In this document: positions 13,011-26,915 of the stretch, piece after piece
Numbering within the stretch: the stretch's first letter is position 1
Layout of the letters: every line of letters begins with the position of its first letter
DNA from: Camelus ferus
Lineage: Eukaryota
Assembly (NCBI RefSeq): GCF_009834535.1
Contig: NC_045697.1
Coordinates: 20,338,001-20,402,000 of the forward strand
Length of the DNA stretch: 64,000 bases
Reading direction: 5' to 3'
Position numbers and translations under genes: made by a program
The notes under the pieces: model-generated
What the model saw: only the letters and a program-made list of their open reading frames with translations
What the model was told of the DNA's origin: nothing
Database searches by the model: none

Positions 13011-15564
13011 AGAGCCTGTGTCCTGTACACGCATGGTATTACCTCCTCCAAATAACCCAGAGGTGCAGGGCAGAGGAATGCAGGTTATGCACCAAAGATC
13101 TGTTTGCTGAGACATGATTTTGCCACATGGAAGGAGATAGGGGAGAAAAAAAGCAAATGAAGAGAAGAGGTTTAACTTTGTAGAGTTTCATTTGAAGAGT
13201 TGGAATTGAACTCACATAACATAAGATGAGTCCACATTCCCAAATCAATTAAAAAAAAAGTTTTCGTTTAATTCAAACTTTCTTTTAATAAGTAATTGTT
13301 CCATAGACATTCATTTCAGATTTTTATTTGTAAATGTCTTTGTGAGTGTCTTTATGTATAATTCAAAACATCAAAATAAAACAAAAATGATGTCATTATA
13401 TCATTTCCATTAACACACTTATTACTTGTTAAGTATTTAGGAAATCGTCATGGAAGAGTAAATTTTTGCAATCATTCCAGGAACTATTAATAGCACTCTT
13501 TTCTCACCTCAAACACTGTTCTCTCCAAGCATTTCTCACCACTGTTTATTTCATTTTCCCTCTCATATTTGCTCCTAGGTGTGGGTTTCTGCTCATGAAC
13601 CCAGCAACTACAAACGCCTATTTCTCCTTATCATCTTTGCCTATAAATAGAAGACTAATGAAAACCACTTTAATTCTACTTTAAAATACTTTAATTCATG
13701 GATAGGTTTCATATTACCTGACGTTTACTGATGAAAGACCTTATATAAACTATGAAATTTTCATTATACAAAAGAGATAGGCAGAACCTGGGAATATTCA
13801 GAAGAAAGTCAGATTTATGGTCTCAAAAAGTATTAATCCAATGAGAAAAATATAACCTGGTTCACTCAGTTTTAGGAAAAGAAGATTCACTAAAAACTTT
13901 AAGACTTTTTCTTGAACAAGAAATAGTAATCTTTGAAGTACAGTAAAACTATAGATACTGCTTTATATTAGGAGATAGAATTTTAACTGATTTGGCTTTT
14001 AAAACAATAGAATGGCTTGAAAAAGAAGGTGAAAAATATTTTTAAACAAAAGTATTTATGGATAAGGTTTATTAATACACTCCCACTTATGCTGAATATT
14101 TTTAGTTTTGGTCAAATACAAGTTGAAGAACCCCAGGGTCCATAGAAGTTGCTCCTAGCCCTGAGCTCATCCTGTTTATTTATTTGTTTTCACTAATTGG
14201 AAGCACATTTCTTAGAAATGAAAAAAAAAAAAAGTAGCCTTTCAAAAAGCATGTCTTGCCTGAAGTTTTTTCAACTAGGGTGAAAACAATAGTTGCAAAG
14301 CCCATTAGTTTTTTTTTTTCCTTAAAATAATTTATTTCAAAAAGTCATTAGCTTAATAGAAAGGAATTGACAGAAGTCCTTTAGGATTTCTACTTTAAAT
14401 TTCAGGGATTTGCCTCATTAAAAATCAATTGCAGAACCAAGCCTCATGTATGTGTGAGGAGAGAGAGAAAATGATTTAAAAATCTTGGCCAGTTTTATTT
14501 AAATATTTCTGAGAAAAAAAAATCTTAAATGATATTAATAAAGACTTCTTTTAGATATTTACATTTTTCTAATAGAAAATATAGTGTTACTTCTGGACAT
14601 GTCATTATTATGAATTTCCGAAAGCTAAATCTCATTATGTCTCATAGTCTGGTTAGAAATTTCACTTTCTGATAGTTTCCTTATAAATTAAGTCTTAAAA
14701 TTGCTTCCATTATTTCTACTACTCTGCTGCAAATTTAACACTGAGTGAGTTTAATAAATTGTAAACATTACCCAACAATGTATATGTCATGGTGAGAAAA
14801 TAAATACATGCCGACTGTTAAGTTTTTCAATCGAAGAAAAAGAAAAGAGTTGGCTGAAAATAGAAACCTAAGAATCTTGGAAAATGATGATAATAACATA
14901 CTTAGCACTTTTCTAAGTAATTCTTTTTCCATTATCTTCAGCTATTTAAAAACCTTTGTGCTTGATAACGCGAGCTCCTTAAGAGGTACTGTCTGGAGGT
15001 TGGTGGAATACGTGATATATTTCTTTCTTCCCTCGTGGGAGAGTAGTTGTTATCAACTGCTGTTACTTCCAAGGACTTCACGTGTCAGAGGACAATGACC
15101 ACAGGCAAAGGTTGTCCTTGAAGTTAGACCCAGGAAATGGCTCCACTAATATAATGATATCTACAGTTGTTTAGAGAAACAAAAGTAAGATATGAGAATG
15201 ATTTGCTTTCTTTTGTAACTAATGAAGCAGTATCTTCATTTAGGAAAGGAGGGCATCTACTCGTTGGCTTAGAACACATATCGTGGGTATTGCCATCAGT
15301 CCTTTCTTCTCCTGGCTATTTCTTCTAAAATTATCTCCTACCCATGAGCTTTTAGATTTGCAAGAGGCCATAGAAGAAATTGCTTCTTTAGATTCAAAAG
15401 CAATAGTCAGGTTTGCAGTGCACACATCACATCAGTTGAAAATTTGTCATGCATCCAAAGGCACTTGTAAAATCAGTTGTAATAAAAAGCTGATATAAAC
15501 ATTGCTTCAATAATATTGGAGGGTCAGGCTAGCAAGGAACTTAGGGTGTGGAGAACAGAAGGTT

Positions 15565-15571
15565 GATAGGT

Positions 15572-15623
<52 letters not shown>

Positions 15624-15672
15624 GTAGGTAGATAGGTAGGTAGATAGATAAATAGATAAAGATAGGTAGATA
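15565..15672. repeat. (GATA)n/(GGTA)n compound microsatellite
   Basis: Directly visible run of GATA units with GGTA variants. Confidence 0.97.
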
Positions 15673-17524
15673 TTCTGACTTTGTCCCAATAATGGCTAAG
15701 GACATAGTCCATGACTTCTGAGACTTTCTTTAATGCTTATATTGTTTGCAGATCCCTTCTAATTCAGTTATCATTTTTCAGAGAAACTACCCAAATAACC
15801 TAATAGTGGTAGAATTCCAACAGGACACTCAGGAATCCTTTTCACTAATTTTTCAAAAACAACTTTTTGAAGTGATTATCAATCACCCAAAGTATTTACA
15901 GTGTTTCTTGTCCTTTTAATTATTCAAATAGATTTAGCAAAAATAATGCAGCAGTAGTTGTTAAAGTCCCACAAACAGAAATAGAACAGGCACCTTTAGA
16001 AGTTATAAGCTTTTTCCAAATACATTATTATACAATTTCTTATGATAGACTCTCCAATTGTACTATCTTTAAGGTCAGGAGTCAATAATGTTATTTTTTT
16101 TCCCTTCCTTAACCCGAGTGACAATTCTCTATGTTCTATTTTGAGTTTTTCTGTTAGCATGCTTCCTGATATAAATTTGAAAATATTTTTAAGAGATAAA
16201 ATTCCAAAGCAACAAAACACAGAGTAAACATGTCTACAATGTAGGAATGCCTTGAATTTTAATGGAACAGGTGAAACTATTTCTATCTTTTAAGTTATGT
16301 GAGTATACTCGGTTAAGAATATAATTCAATCCGTTAGGATGTTGTTAAGATTGCAGTGTTATCCTCACACAAAGACACAGACATAAATAAAAAGAAAAAT
16401 AATCAGCTCCGTGTTCAGATCATAGGGTGGTACTGTCAAATATTTCTTCAAGATGCATCCTGTACATAAAATCCTGAGAAAGAACTTCGTCTCTGCCCCT
16501 AGCATCATAGTTGGATGACCCTGTGACTAACATGTAAGAAATGGGTTAAGGTCTAACATCTTCTAAATCTGTATTCCAGAACCTGGCCCACTAGCAATCC
16601 AAGTAGGTCATAACAAAAAAATGTCCAAGGAATGCAGCAATAACTTATAGCTACTTTAATGATATAGTGTGTTAAGAAAGTAGATTGAAAAGGCCAAGAA
16701 AAACTCCTTTTGGAACTTTTTGCTGAAATGTTACCATTAATCAAATCAGTGAAAGAAATCATTTAAAATCCAAATTGTTTTCTAATAGGTAGAAAAATCC
16801 AATCAACTAATAAGAATACACTGAGTTCCCACTTGAGGTTTAATATTGACAGAGGGGTCAGGATACCTCCTGCCATTTTCACTTGTTCTTGAACCATATT
16901 TGGCTAGTTCCTAAGAAGAATGGGATACTAATACATGGATACAAAGTAATCAAATAAAAGTCAGGCGAATTTTGAGTGGGGTTTAGGGAAGTTAAGAATC
17001 AGGAGGCTCTGTGCAATCTTATCAAACAATTATTTGGTAGTTCCTAATTGTTATCCAAGGCAAATAGTTCTAGGTTCTCTTTGGATCAGGTTCAGAGAGT
17101 TCTGAACAGCAATACACAAAAATAAGGAAGAGGTAAAACAGTAAATAGGTCGGAAAGAACAATGGAATATAAAATAATTAATTCAAAATTTTGTTTATAG
17201 ATAAACTTGGTTTTATTACATTTAATAGATAATCAATTAAATTCACTGTTGAGACAAAAATACCCTTTTTTGTGCAAATCATTTATCCCTTCATTGTTAA
17301 ATGAAGGAAATAAAATGATGGGAATAATTTAATTTGGTTTTCAACAGCTCTCAGTCCAAAGAGGAGAGAAAAAACTTAGAAGTTAGATTGTTTGTGTTTG
17401 GTTAATATATGTGTGTAATATGCTAAAGAAATCTAATCTCACTTCAATATTTGCAGAAAGAGATGCCATTTATTAAAAACTCTGGGGCAGTCATTTTACT
17501 GCAAGTTTCTTTGCTTAACAAAAT

Positions 17525-17770
17525 AGATTCATTCAGCAAATATTTATGGAGCATCTCCTGAGCTCCAGGCAATGAAACAGATACAGCAGATTCAGAAATG
17601 AGTAGGATAAACTGCATTTTTTTTGAGGAACTCATAATCCTGTGTGAGAGGTATACATTGAAAACACTGCCATACAAATACCACTCGTGTAATAAAATTT
17701 AGTACAAAGTTTTACAGGTATATTGAAGAGGGAGTGATTATCTTTGACGGAAGAGGGTTCGAAATATCAC
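17525..17770 (-). mobile_element. L2 LINE 3' fragment
   Basis: attcattcagcaaatatttatggagcatctcctgagctccaggca matches the reverse complement of the L2 3' end. Confidence 0.55.
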
Positions 17771-17929
17771 CACAAAGACATTATACCTGACAAGAGAATA
17801 TGGCTGGAAAAATACAAGCTTCTTAGGATAAATCTCTACTAGGGCTCCATCACTACCTAAAACCCCTACTCTAACATTCTCAAAAAGAACCATATCTCTC
17901 CTCTTATCAGACTTTTAATGCTTTTTTCC

Positions 17930-18260
17930 CCCTATTTCTGTAGGAAAATAGAAGAATCGCATTAGAACAATTTCATCATGTCAGCACCAAATCTCTCAGC
18001 TTGCATCAATCTCTAGAACTGTTTCTTTATTTTCTTCATAAAAGTGAAAGATTTTTGCCTGCTTAACTCTAAGTCCAATACCTCTATTTGTATCTTGGAT
18101 CCCACTGTCTCTCAACATTCAGTGAGTTGTATCGTCAATGATTTTCTTTACCTCCTTCATCACTATGTTCCCCCCTTTTGTTGGATTATACCTATCAGGA
18201 CTCATATATACTTTGGTATCTTCAATTTTAATAAAATGCTCTTTCTTTACCTCATGTCAC
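17930..18260 (+). mobile_element. L2 LINE internal fragment
   Basis: gaaaatagaagaatc...cctctatttgtatcttggatccca resembles decayed L2 ORF2 sequence. Confidence 0.4.
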
Positions 18261-18604
18261 ATCACCTTACCAACTAATATGTTTCTTTATCTAAGCCTCA
18301 TTGTCATTTTTTTCAGTGGTTGCTCTTGTGATTATAATCTGTCTTTAATCTATCAAATCTATGTTCATGTAATTATACTCTGAGAAACACAGTAGGACAG
18401 CAGAGGCAAAATAGGGCAAGATAAATATTAGGAAAAATAATGGCTGAGGAATTTAAAAATTTCTGCGTAAACCATAATCTAGAAGCTTATAAAATCCGAA
18501 AGAAGGGAAAACTGCAAAGAAAAACTTAGACACATTGGAGTCAAATTTACAAAAAACAAAGATAAAAAGAAAATGTTAAAACAGAAACAAAAACACACAT
18601 TACA

Positions 18605-19151
18605 ATAGCCAAGACATAGAGACAGCCTAAATGTCCATCAACAGATGACTGGATAAAGATGTGGTATATTTATACAGTGGAATACTACTCAGCCATAAAA
18701 ACTGACAACATAATGCCATTTGCAGCAACATGGATGCTCCTGGAGAATGTCATTCTAAGTGAAGTAAGCCAGAAAGAGATAGAAAAATACCATATGAGAT
18801 TGCTCATATGTGGAATCTAAAAAAAAAAAACAAAAACAAACAAACAAACAAACAAAGCATAAATACAAAACAGAAATAGACTCACAGACATAGAATACAA
18901 ACTTGTGGTTACCAAGTGGGCAGAGGGTGGGAAGGGATAGACGGGATTTCAAAATTGTAGAATAGATAAACAAGATTATACTGTATAGCACAGGGAAATA
19001 TATACAAGATCTTATGGTAGCTCACAAAGAAAAAAATGTGACAATGACTATATATATGTTCATGTAAACTGAAAAATTGTGCTCTACACTGGAATTTGAC
19101 ACAACATTGTAAAATGATTATAAATCAATAAAAAATATTAAAAAAAAACAC
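18605..19151 (+). mobile_element. 5'-truncated young L1 (ORF2 end + 3' UTR)
   Basis: atagccaagacata...ggaatactactcagccataaaaa...; polyA signal aataaa and A tail; TSD acacacattaca at 18593-18604 and 19152-19163. Confidence 0.95.
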
Positions 19152-19332
19152 ACACACATTACATACAGTCTCAAGGACAATAATGTGTGTGATGGCTGTC
19201 TTCTCACCTGAAAGAATGGAGGCTAAATGATAGTGGAATAACACCATTAAAGGGCCAAAAGAAAAAGAAACTCACCTGTTAATCTAAAATTCTGTACCCG
19301 AATAAGATAAAATCACTCAAACTGAAAGTCAG

Positions 19333-19494
19333 TGGGGAGGATTATAGCTCGGTGGTACAGTGCATGCTTAACATGCATGAGGTCTGAGTTCAACCCCCAG
19401 TACCTCCATTAAAAATAAATAAATAAACAAAGAAACAAACCTAATTACCTCCCTAGCCCCCAAAAAGTTTTTTTTTAAATTTAAAAAACAAAAG
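19333..19494 (+). mobile_element. tRNA-Ala-derived SINE (vic-1-like)
   Basis: ggggaggattatagctcggtggtacagtgcatgcttaacatgcatgaggtctgagttcaacccccagtacctcc, aaacctaattacctccc tail block; TSD gaaagtcag at 19324-19332 and 19495-19503. Confidence 0.93.
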
Positions 19495-22400
19495 GAAAGT
19501 CAGGTAAGTACATTTTTGGATATATAAAGGCTGAGAGTATTCAATTACAATAGACCTGAACAACAAAAAAAAATGCTAAAAGATTTCTTTTTTCATTCTG
19601 CAAAATATGATTCCAATTACATTCATGGCCAACAAGTTAATACTGTCCTACAGCTGTCACAGTTTCTGTTCTTTAATTCCATTCTCTTTTCTCATCATTC
19701 TTCAGCTTAAATACTTTGTCTCTTCAAGATCACTCATTTTCTCCTTTATGTTCAATTTGTTCATCGTTTTAATGAATTCTTCTTTTGTGATCATCCATCT
19801 ATCTATCCATCTGTCATATTCTATATATCCATTTATATACCTGTATCTTTGCATATGTATGTATCTATAGCTACATCTACCTTTACACATATGCTTATAT
19901 CAGTATTTCCCCTAGCATTTTCTTTTGATTCTTTTTTGTAGAGTCTATGTTTCTTAAAATTCCCATCATTTTACACCTGTTGTCTATATTTTCCATGAAG
20001 CCCATAAGTTTCAAGTTCCTGCCTCATAATTCCAGCACCTTCACCTCTGGGTTTGTCTCTATTAACTAGATCATCTTTCAAATATGGATTACATTTACTT
20101 GCTTGTTTGAGTGTCCTATAGTTTTTTATGGAAGATCTCTCTCTCCTACACAGTCTAGCCACCCAGTTTTAGACTTGCTGTAGGATTCTCTTTGCTCTTC
20201 AAATTTGCATTAATTTTTCTATAGCTCAGGAAATGCATTTCTATGCTTCTGCCCTTCCCCCAGCATTCAGAATATGGATACCTTACTCTCTGCAGTGCCA
20301 GAGAAGATGTTTCTTATTTCTCATGTCTTTCTGAGAAGACTGCTCAATCTTCTACAGGTGAAGACAGCCTCTCAGATTTCTTTCCACTCTCCTGCCTGCT
20401 GCCTTCTCACTCTTTGGTTCCTAAGAGAGCAAGGTGCTTTGTATCTCAGCTTTCCTTACTTGCTTTTGGCATATTGCACTCAGGCACTTGAAGTAGATCC
20501 ATGGGAAAGAATAAAGAGTGGGTGAAATTTGTCCTGTGCCTGGGACATCTTGGAATTCTATTGTGCCATACAAGTTCACACCCAGACATTAATGGCTTAT
20601 TAACACTTAGTTTGACTTTTTCTTACTCCAGTCTTTGACATGTTCATTATTTTCTCACTTGGCCATGGATTAAAAACAGCTGAGTGTCTCTTTCGTCTAT
20701 AAATGTCTTGTCTTTCCCTGAAATTTAGTTTCATTAGGTTTCCTTGAATCTTGAACTTTCTGGTAAATTTTAAAATACTTTATTTTTTACCTTCTGAGGT
20801 TGTTTATTGTTGTTAGGATGAGAACTATAGTCTTTAATGATGCTTTAAATTCTAACTAGAAGCAGACATTCCCTTATTGGCTATTATTTTAGATTCAGAC
20901 TCTCATCCTTTTCCTCTGTAGATTTTATTTGAAAGTCTAGTGTAAACAAGTTGGAGATGGTCTTTTGCATTCATCTTCATCCAGAGAGAAAGTATGAAGA
21001 TTTAGAGCTAGAATATCTGTGTTAAAACCTACTAAATGTGGCTTACTCATTAAAAATTCTCAAGTTTCTATACTTTTTCAATCAAGTGTTATACTATTTA
21101 AAACTTCTTAATGAAACCAGTTTCAGCAGGCTTTCTTGTGACTTACAAATCAGAAGTGAAGACGAACTAAATTGAAGTTCATTAACGCTATAAACTTTAA
21201 GGAAATGTACACCTGCTGATTTTTATAACCATTGAGAAGTAATATTTTTTGAATCAATAATGATTCTAAGATTGTATCCTAGATGCTTCCCATTTGAAAC
21301 AAAATCACACATTAACAACTCCCATCAGTTCTGGTGAATATCACTGACAGCTTCTCAAATTCTTCATCATTTGTGACAGGATGTGATTTTTTCCCTTGAG
21401 AAGTACACACAGTATAAGTGCAAGTCAGCTGGTGTTTCACATACCTAAGGAAATATCTCTATTAACAACTTATTACTAATTCATCAGTCATTCAGAATAT
21501 CACACTTATTGCTTGACTAAAATATATATGTAAATGTTTAATGTCAACCCAAAGAAATTCCTTCAAAATCTATGAATTTAAATAAAGTATTATTTAAATT
21601 ACAAATTTTCAGTTAGAAATAGGATGGACACGAAATGGACATGAAGTGGTAAAGAAGCAAGTTTCCATGTTAGTATATTTTAAAAATGTATTTGATTCCA
21701 CAGTGTGAGTTTAAATTTTTTTTTCTATTTTAATATATGCCATAAGTTATTTATAGTCCTAGTTCAATTATCCTTTCTTTGCATCTTACAACATTTAACA
21801 TTTGCATAGCAATATTATTATTTCTTGGTAAGGGCTGCATGAATTTTAGGTTACTTTAGATTGTTCAATGAGACCTAATAATAATATTTCTGATACCATC
21901 AAATTTCAACTATCCAAGCGAATGTTAACAGAGCTGACATGGATAATTGGAATCCATACATATGTGAACAATTTCTCCAACTTTTTTTTTGCTTGCTTGT
22001 TTCAAATAATAGCTTCTAGCAAAAGGGGAAATGATTGAGCCAAATAATTTCCTTTCTCTTCCAGAATCTATCTTCAGTTAAGGTGCTAATGAGAACTGTC
22101 GGGGAGTGAGCCCCTAAAATAAAGTTAGGGAAGAGGTAGGAGCCAACTAGAATGGCAGTTGGAAAAAGTGGTAAACAAAGACATGTTTAAATTGAAATTG
22201 AATTAGGAAATTCCAAAAATGTTTGTGAAAGGCCAATCTGTATAAAACAAAAAGATTTTCTGGGAAAAGGAAAGGAAAGGAAAAAAAAGGAGGAAGTGAA
22301 ATGTATGCAGTCTATTTCAACATGCATTTAGGCAGCATTATTCTGCACCAAACACTGAGTTAAATATAAAATCACAATGATAATATCAGGCCTCAGATCT

Positions 22401-23399
22401 GGCCTATACGACTAGTAAGTTATAGTGCTAAGTGTTACAATAGGTAAGAAAAAATCCATAAATATTTATTTTAAAAATAAACAATAATCAAAGTAATCGA
22501 GATGTTAAATGTTTCATTACCAGTATATCCAATATTAGTTGTGGAAAAAATTGTTTTAGTAAAGATTGCTAAATAATTTCCCAGAAAGAAGAGATAATTA
22601 ATAGCTAGAAGAGCCAGAGAAGGAAGTATTCACCACATAACTTTTTTTATACCATGATTATCGAATATTATCAAAAATAGGAAACAAATAGAATAGGAGA
22701 AAAAACCCTCTTCCAAAGTATAAAAAATACAGCTAAAAATGACAATGAAACTCAGTGTGTGCATAAAGGTCATGTGATAATGACAAAACAATATAAATAC
22801 TTGGAAATAAAACACTTAATAATGATATTTCATATTTCATTATCATAGCAAACTTTTAAAAACTACGTTTATTCTAAGGTGTTATGTAATGGAACCTAAT
22901 TGTAACTAGCCGTTCTGAAAGGCATGCAATCTAGAAGGGGACAAAGCAGTATGTTAGAGTTGATATACTTTTATTTTTATATTTTGAATAGCAAAATAAA
23001 ATGTCAAGTATGCCTTGAACATAAGGAAAGAGGCAGGACGTTTCCAGACAAAGCAGCTGGTTGCACTGTCACAGGTTAGTATCCTTTCCTTACCAAACTC
23101 CATTTGGCTATCTGCCCCATGAATCTGATTTTACCACTTCATCTGCAGCTCAAACCATCTGAGCTCTGAATGTATTGTTTGCATTTTCTTTGATAGGCAT
23201 GGCATTTGTGCCTTCACTTTTCTCTTTCTGAAACTGTGAGCTTTATAGTTAATTTTGAAATGCCACTGCCTTTGCTGGCTACTATTTCAGTTTCTGAATA
23301 TCTGGATAGGCAATGAGAACATCTCTCTTACTCTGTAAAAGGAAAGTTGTATTCTTAAATATTCCTTTCTTTTCAGACATCATGAGCATCATATTTCCA

Positions 23400-24760
23400 G
23401 ATCCCATCTACTCAAGGCCAAATTACCACAAGTGTTCCCTTAGGACTTTCTGTTTTGATACCTCTATTCTAAATCATCTCATAAATTACAATTTCATCAT
23501 AAAGTTTTTTTAATCATATTCCTTTCTTCCAGTATCTCTACCACTTTTCTTTAATCTCTTTTCCTTCAGCATTTGAGTCCATCCCTAATTTGTGTAAGTA
23601 CGACATTTCGGGTCTTATCTTTTACTACTTTCTCACACAGTTAATGCAAATTATTTGTATCCTGTGTTCCATTTTTTCCATAGTGTGTCCTGCTCTCTTC
23701 TCACCATTTAGGAATGTTTCTCTCTTGGTCTCTATTTAAAATGCAATGTATCTAAAACTTAATTTATTATTTTTAAAGACTCAGACCTACAAACCTTTAT
23801 CTATCTGTGATTTGTATACCTTGGTTAATTGTACCATCAGAAAAAAAGCCATCCAGGAAATAAATCTGCAAACATTGTTTGCTTCTTTCTCTTCTATCAA
23901 TTGATTCTGATGTGTTATTTATTTCTTTTGAATATGTCCTTTCCACTACATTCCCTGCAAATACTGTCCTAGGTCAGGAACTGATCAATATTCACCAAGG
24001 TGAATAGTCAATTCTGTCTGCTGCCCACCAATTCTATCCACTCAATAACCACTAGGATGGGCAGCTATATCTGTATATATCCAAAGGAAATTATACTCAA
24101 TATATGTCAAACTAAATTCACAACCCATCTCTCTCTCTCAAATTTGTCTCTTCTCAATTCCCTCTTTTAATGACATCCTAATCAACCTGGTTATGCAAGC
24201 CAGTGACCCTGGGGAGTGGTGTGCTGGAACCAGCTCTTTACTCACTTGTAAGAGTCAACTGTACGTATTTCTCCCAACTCCTATCATGCTGATAGGTTGA
24301 AATTCACCTTCATAGGAATATTCATACCATGGAAATTGGCAAATCATACAACTCAGCACTTTTGATTTTTGTTCCTGTTTATCAGGGGGCCAGTTTACCA
24401 GCATATCCCTGCCTGGGAGCATCCACCATGATAGCTATTGTCCTTTTCCAATTCATTTCAAGTATGTCAGGGTTTGAAAGATGTTCAGCTTCTCTCATGT
24501 CAGTTTGTTCTTTCAGTTCTCTTATGTCCATTTGTAGTCAACATGTATCACTGAAATAATTTCATCAAAATTTTCACCCTTTCTTCCCTGGAATACTCCT
24601 ACAACACTGCTATTAAAGTGATCTTTCTTTAACAAAAATCTGGTTATATAATTATTCTATTTAACGTTTGCAGGAATGCCAAAATACTAGAAAATAAAGT
24701 ACCAAGTCAAACACATGTGGAAGGTCATTTGTAGACTGTGTGATCTTTACCTATCTCTCC
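23400..24760 (+). mobile_element. Fragmented L2 LINE
   Basis: L2-like blocks: caatatatgtcaaactaaattcacaacc, cctggttatgcaagccag, aaagtgatctttctttaacaaaaatctggttat. Confidence 0.5.
24214..24411. mobile_element. MER63-like hAT-Blackjack MITE
   Basis: Imperfect TIRs agtggtgtgctgg ... ccagcatatccctg, internal ccatggaaattggcaaat block, cctggg repeated at both flanks. Confidence 0.7.
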
Positions 24761-24815
24761 AAAATACTATTCTCCTTGGTGTCAGGTATGCTATGCCTAC
24801 AGAATTATTTTCTAA

Positions 24816-25941
24816 AAAAATAGAACCTAATTAAACTTATAAGCTTTTGCACAGCAAAGGAAACCATAAACAAACCAAAGAGACAACCAATGGACTAGGA
24901 GAAAATATTTGCAAATGATGAGACTGACAAGGGCTTAACTTCCAGAACATAAAAGCAGCCAATACATCTCAATAAGAAAGGTATAAGCAACTAAATCAAA
25001 AAAAATGGACAGAAGACCTAAAGAGACATTTCTTCAGTGAAGATATACAGATGGCCAACATGCATATGAAAAGATGCTCAATATTGCTAATTATTAGAGA
25101 AATGCAAATAACAACTGCAATAAGGCATCACCTCATACCAGTTAGAATGGCCATCATTAAAAAGTCCACAAACAATAAATGCTGAAGAGGGTGCGAAGAA
25201 AAAGAAACCCTCTTACAATGTTGGTAGGAATGTAATTTGGTGCAGCCACTATGTAAAATAGTGTGAAGCTTCCTTAAAAAACTAAAAATAGAGTTACTAT
25301 GTGTTCCGACAATCCCACCCCTGGGCATATATCTGGAGAAAACTCTAATGCAAAAAGATACATGCACCCCAATGTTCATAGCAGCACTATTTACAATAGT
25401 CAAGACATGGAAGCAACCAAAATGTCCATCAACCAATGAATGGATAAAGAAGTTGTGGTATATACATATATAATGGAATACTACTCAGCCATAAAAAAGA
25501 ATGAAATAATGCCATTTGCAGCAACATGAGTGAGCTTAGAGGCTATCATACTAAGTGAAGTAAGTCAGACAGAGAAAGACAAGTATTATATGCTATCACT
25601 TATATGGGAATCTAAAAAAAATGACACAAATGAACTCATGTATAAAACAGAAAGAGACTCATAAACATAGAAAACAAACTTATGGTTACCAATGGGGAAA
25701 GGAAGAGGGAGGGATAAATTAGGAGTGCAGGATTTGCAGACACTACTAGATATAAAATAGATAAACAATACGGACCTACTGTATAGCACAGGGAACTATG
25801 TTCCATAGCTTGTAATAGCCTATAATAAAAAAGAATATATATATATATATTTATATATATATATATTTATATAAAACTGAATCACTATGCTATATACCAG
25901 AAACTAGCACAGCATTGTAAATCAGCTATCCTTCAATAAAA
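24816..25941 (+). mobile_element. 5'-truncated L1 (about 1.1 kb, ORF2 3' region + 3' UTR)
   Basis: aacctaattaaacttataagcttttgcacagcaaaggaaacc...cacctcataccagttagaatggccatcatt...aataaa; degenerate TSD agaattattttctaa (24801-24815) / agaattaatttttaa (25942-25956), 13/15. Confidence 0.95.
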
Positions 25942-26598
25942 AGAATTAATTTTTAACTCCCTCAGATTCAACCATTATTTTCATATCATTTCAAATGCTG
26001 TTCATTCTCATTTCAATATCCATTTTGCAAGATCAGAATGCCCTGCCTATCCAAAATACAGCAATAAAATCTCATCTGGTAAACTATTCCAGATTTTTCA
26101 GATATGCTCATTTCCTTCTTGTCCTATAAATAAAACTTCTATTACTATGAATGTAATTCTTTGTAACATGAAAACACACACACACATTAACTTTTTTTAA
26201 TTCATTGTTGTGTTCTTGGGTCCTGGCCTAACCTTGGTGCTTGCTACACATAGCAGATACCCAGTCAACATGAAGAAAATCAGTCTCATTGACAGAGCTC
26301 TCTTTTGCTCTTACTTCACTTCAAGTCAGGGGTCCTTTCCTGCATGCCTTCTGTGTACCAAGAACTGTGCATATTGGTTTTAGATCTTTCATGATGTGTG
26401 TACTTGTAGTGCTGTTACATGATTAAATGGTCTGATGTTTGTCACATGTATGTATGTGCAAGTGACTTTCTTTTAAGAATTATGTCAATAGGTTTGAACC
26501 ATAAACAGTATTATTTAGTTTTTAAGATAGTCCTGGGGTTATAGGGCTCATACTGTGTCGATGAATTTAGGAATTATGGCTAGTATGTTCATTGAACT

Positions 26599-26642
<44 letters not shown>

Positions 26643-26680
26643 CCATCCATCCATCCATCCATCTATCCATCCATCTACCA
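26599..26680. repeat. (TCTA)n(TCCA)n compound microsatellite
   Basis: Directly visible. Confidence 0.97.
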
Positions 26681-26719
26681 TTCATATTACAAAGGAGAAT
26701 TCTAACTGCAAAATGCGTA

Positions 26720-26915
26720 TATGTGTATTCACTTAATTCTGATTAATGCCTATGAACTTAGCTTGATAGTATTATCGCCCTCTTTCTACAAATGAATTCA
26801 CTAGACAGAAATTAAGCGAACTTTTACAAGGTCACATGGGAAATAAATGGAGAAAACAGTATGTAAACCTAGGCAATCTGGCTTTGAAGTCTCTGCTTTT
26901 AACTGCTATGTATTG
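26720..26915 (-). mobile_element. MIR SINE fragment
   Basis: tagtattatcgccctctttctacaaatga...caaggtcacatgg...aaacctaggcaatctggctttgaagtctctgcttttaac. Confidence 0.65.

Larger units (their letters stand above)
18290..20860 (-). mobile_element. Ancient L1M 5'UTR/ORF1 remnant, middle segment (~18385-19590) in opposite orientation
   Basis: L1 ORF1-type purine-rich blocks on minus at ~19600-20150 and ~18290-18385; on plus at ~18385-19590 (aaatattaggaaaaataatggctgag; atagacctgaacaacaaaaaaaaatgctaaaag). Confidence 0.6.

Noticed and set aside
15507..15712. ORFs with (YLSI)n repeats, also at 26555-26746
   Set aside because: Translations of GATA/TCTA microsatellites.
19195..19285. Minus-strand AG|GTGAG junctions
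   Set aside because: Both lie inside the old L1 ORF1 remnant, where antisense splice-like motifs are common.
25128..25436. 102-aa minus-strand ORF
   Set aside because: Antisense frame of L1 ORF2, a common spurious protein.
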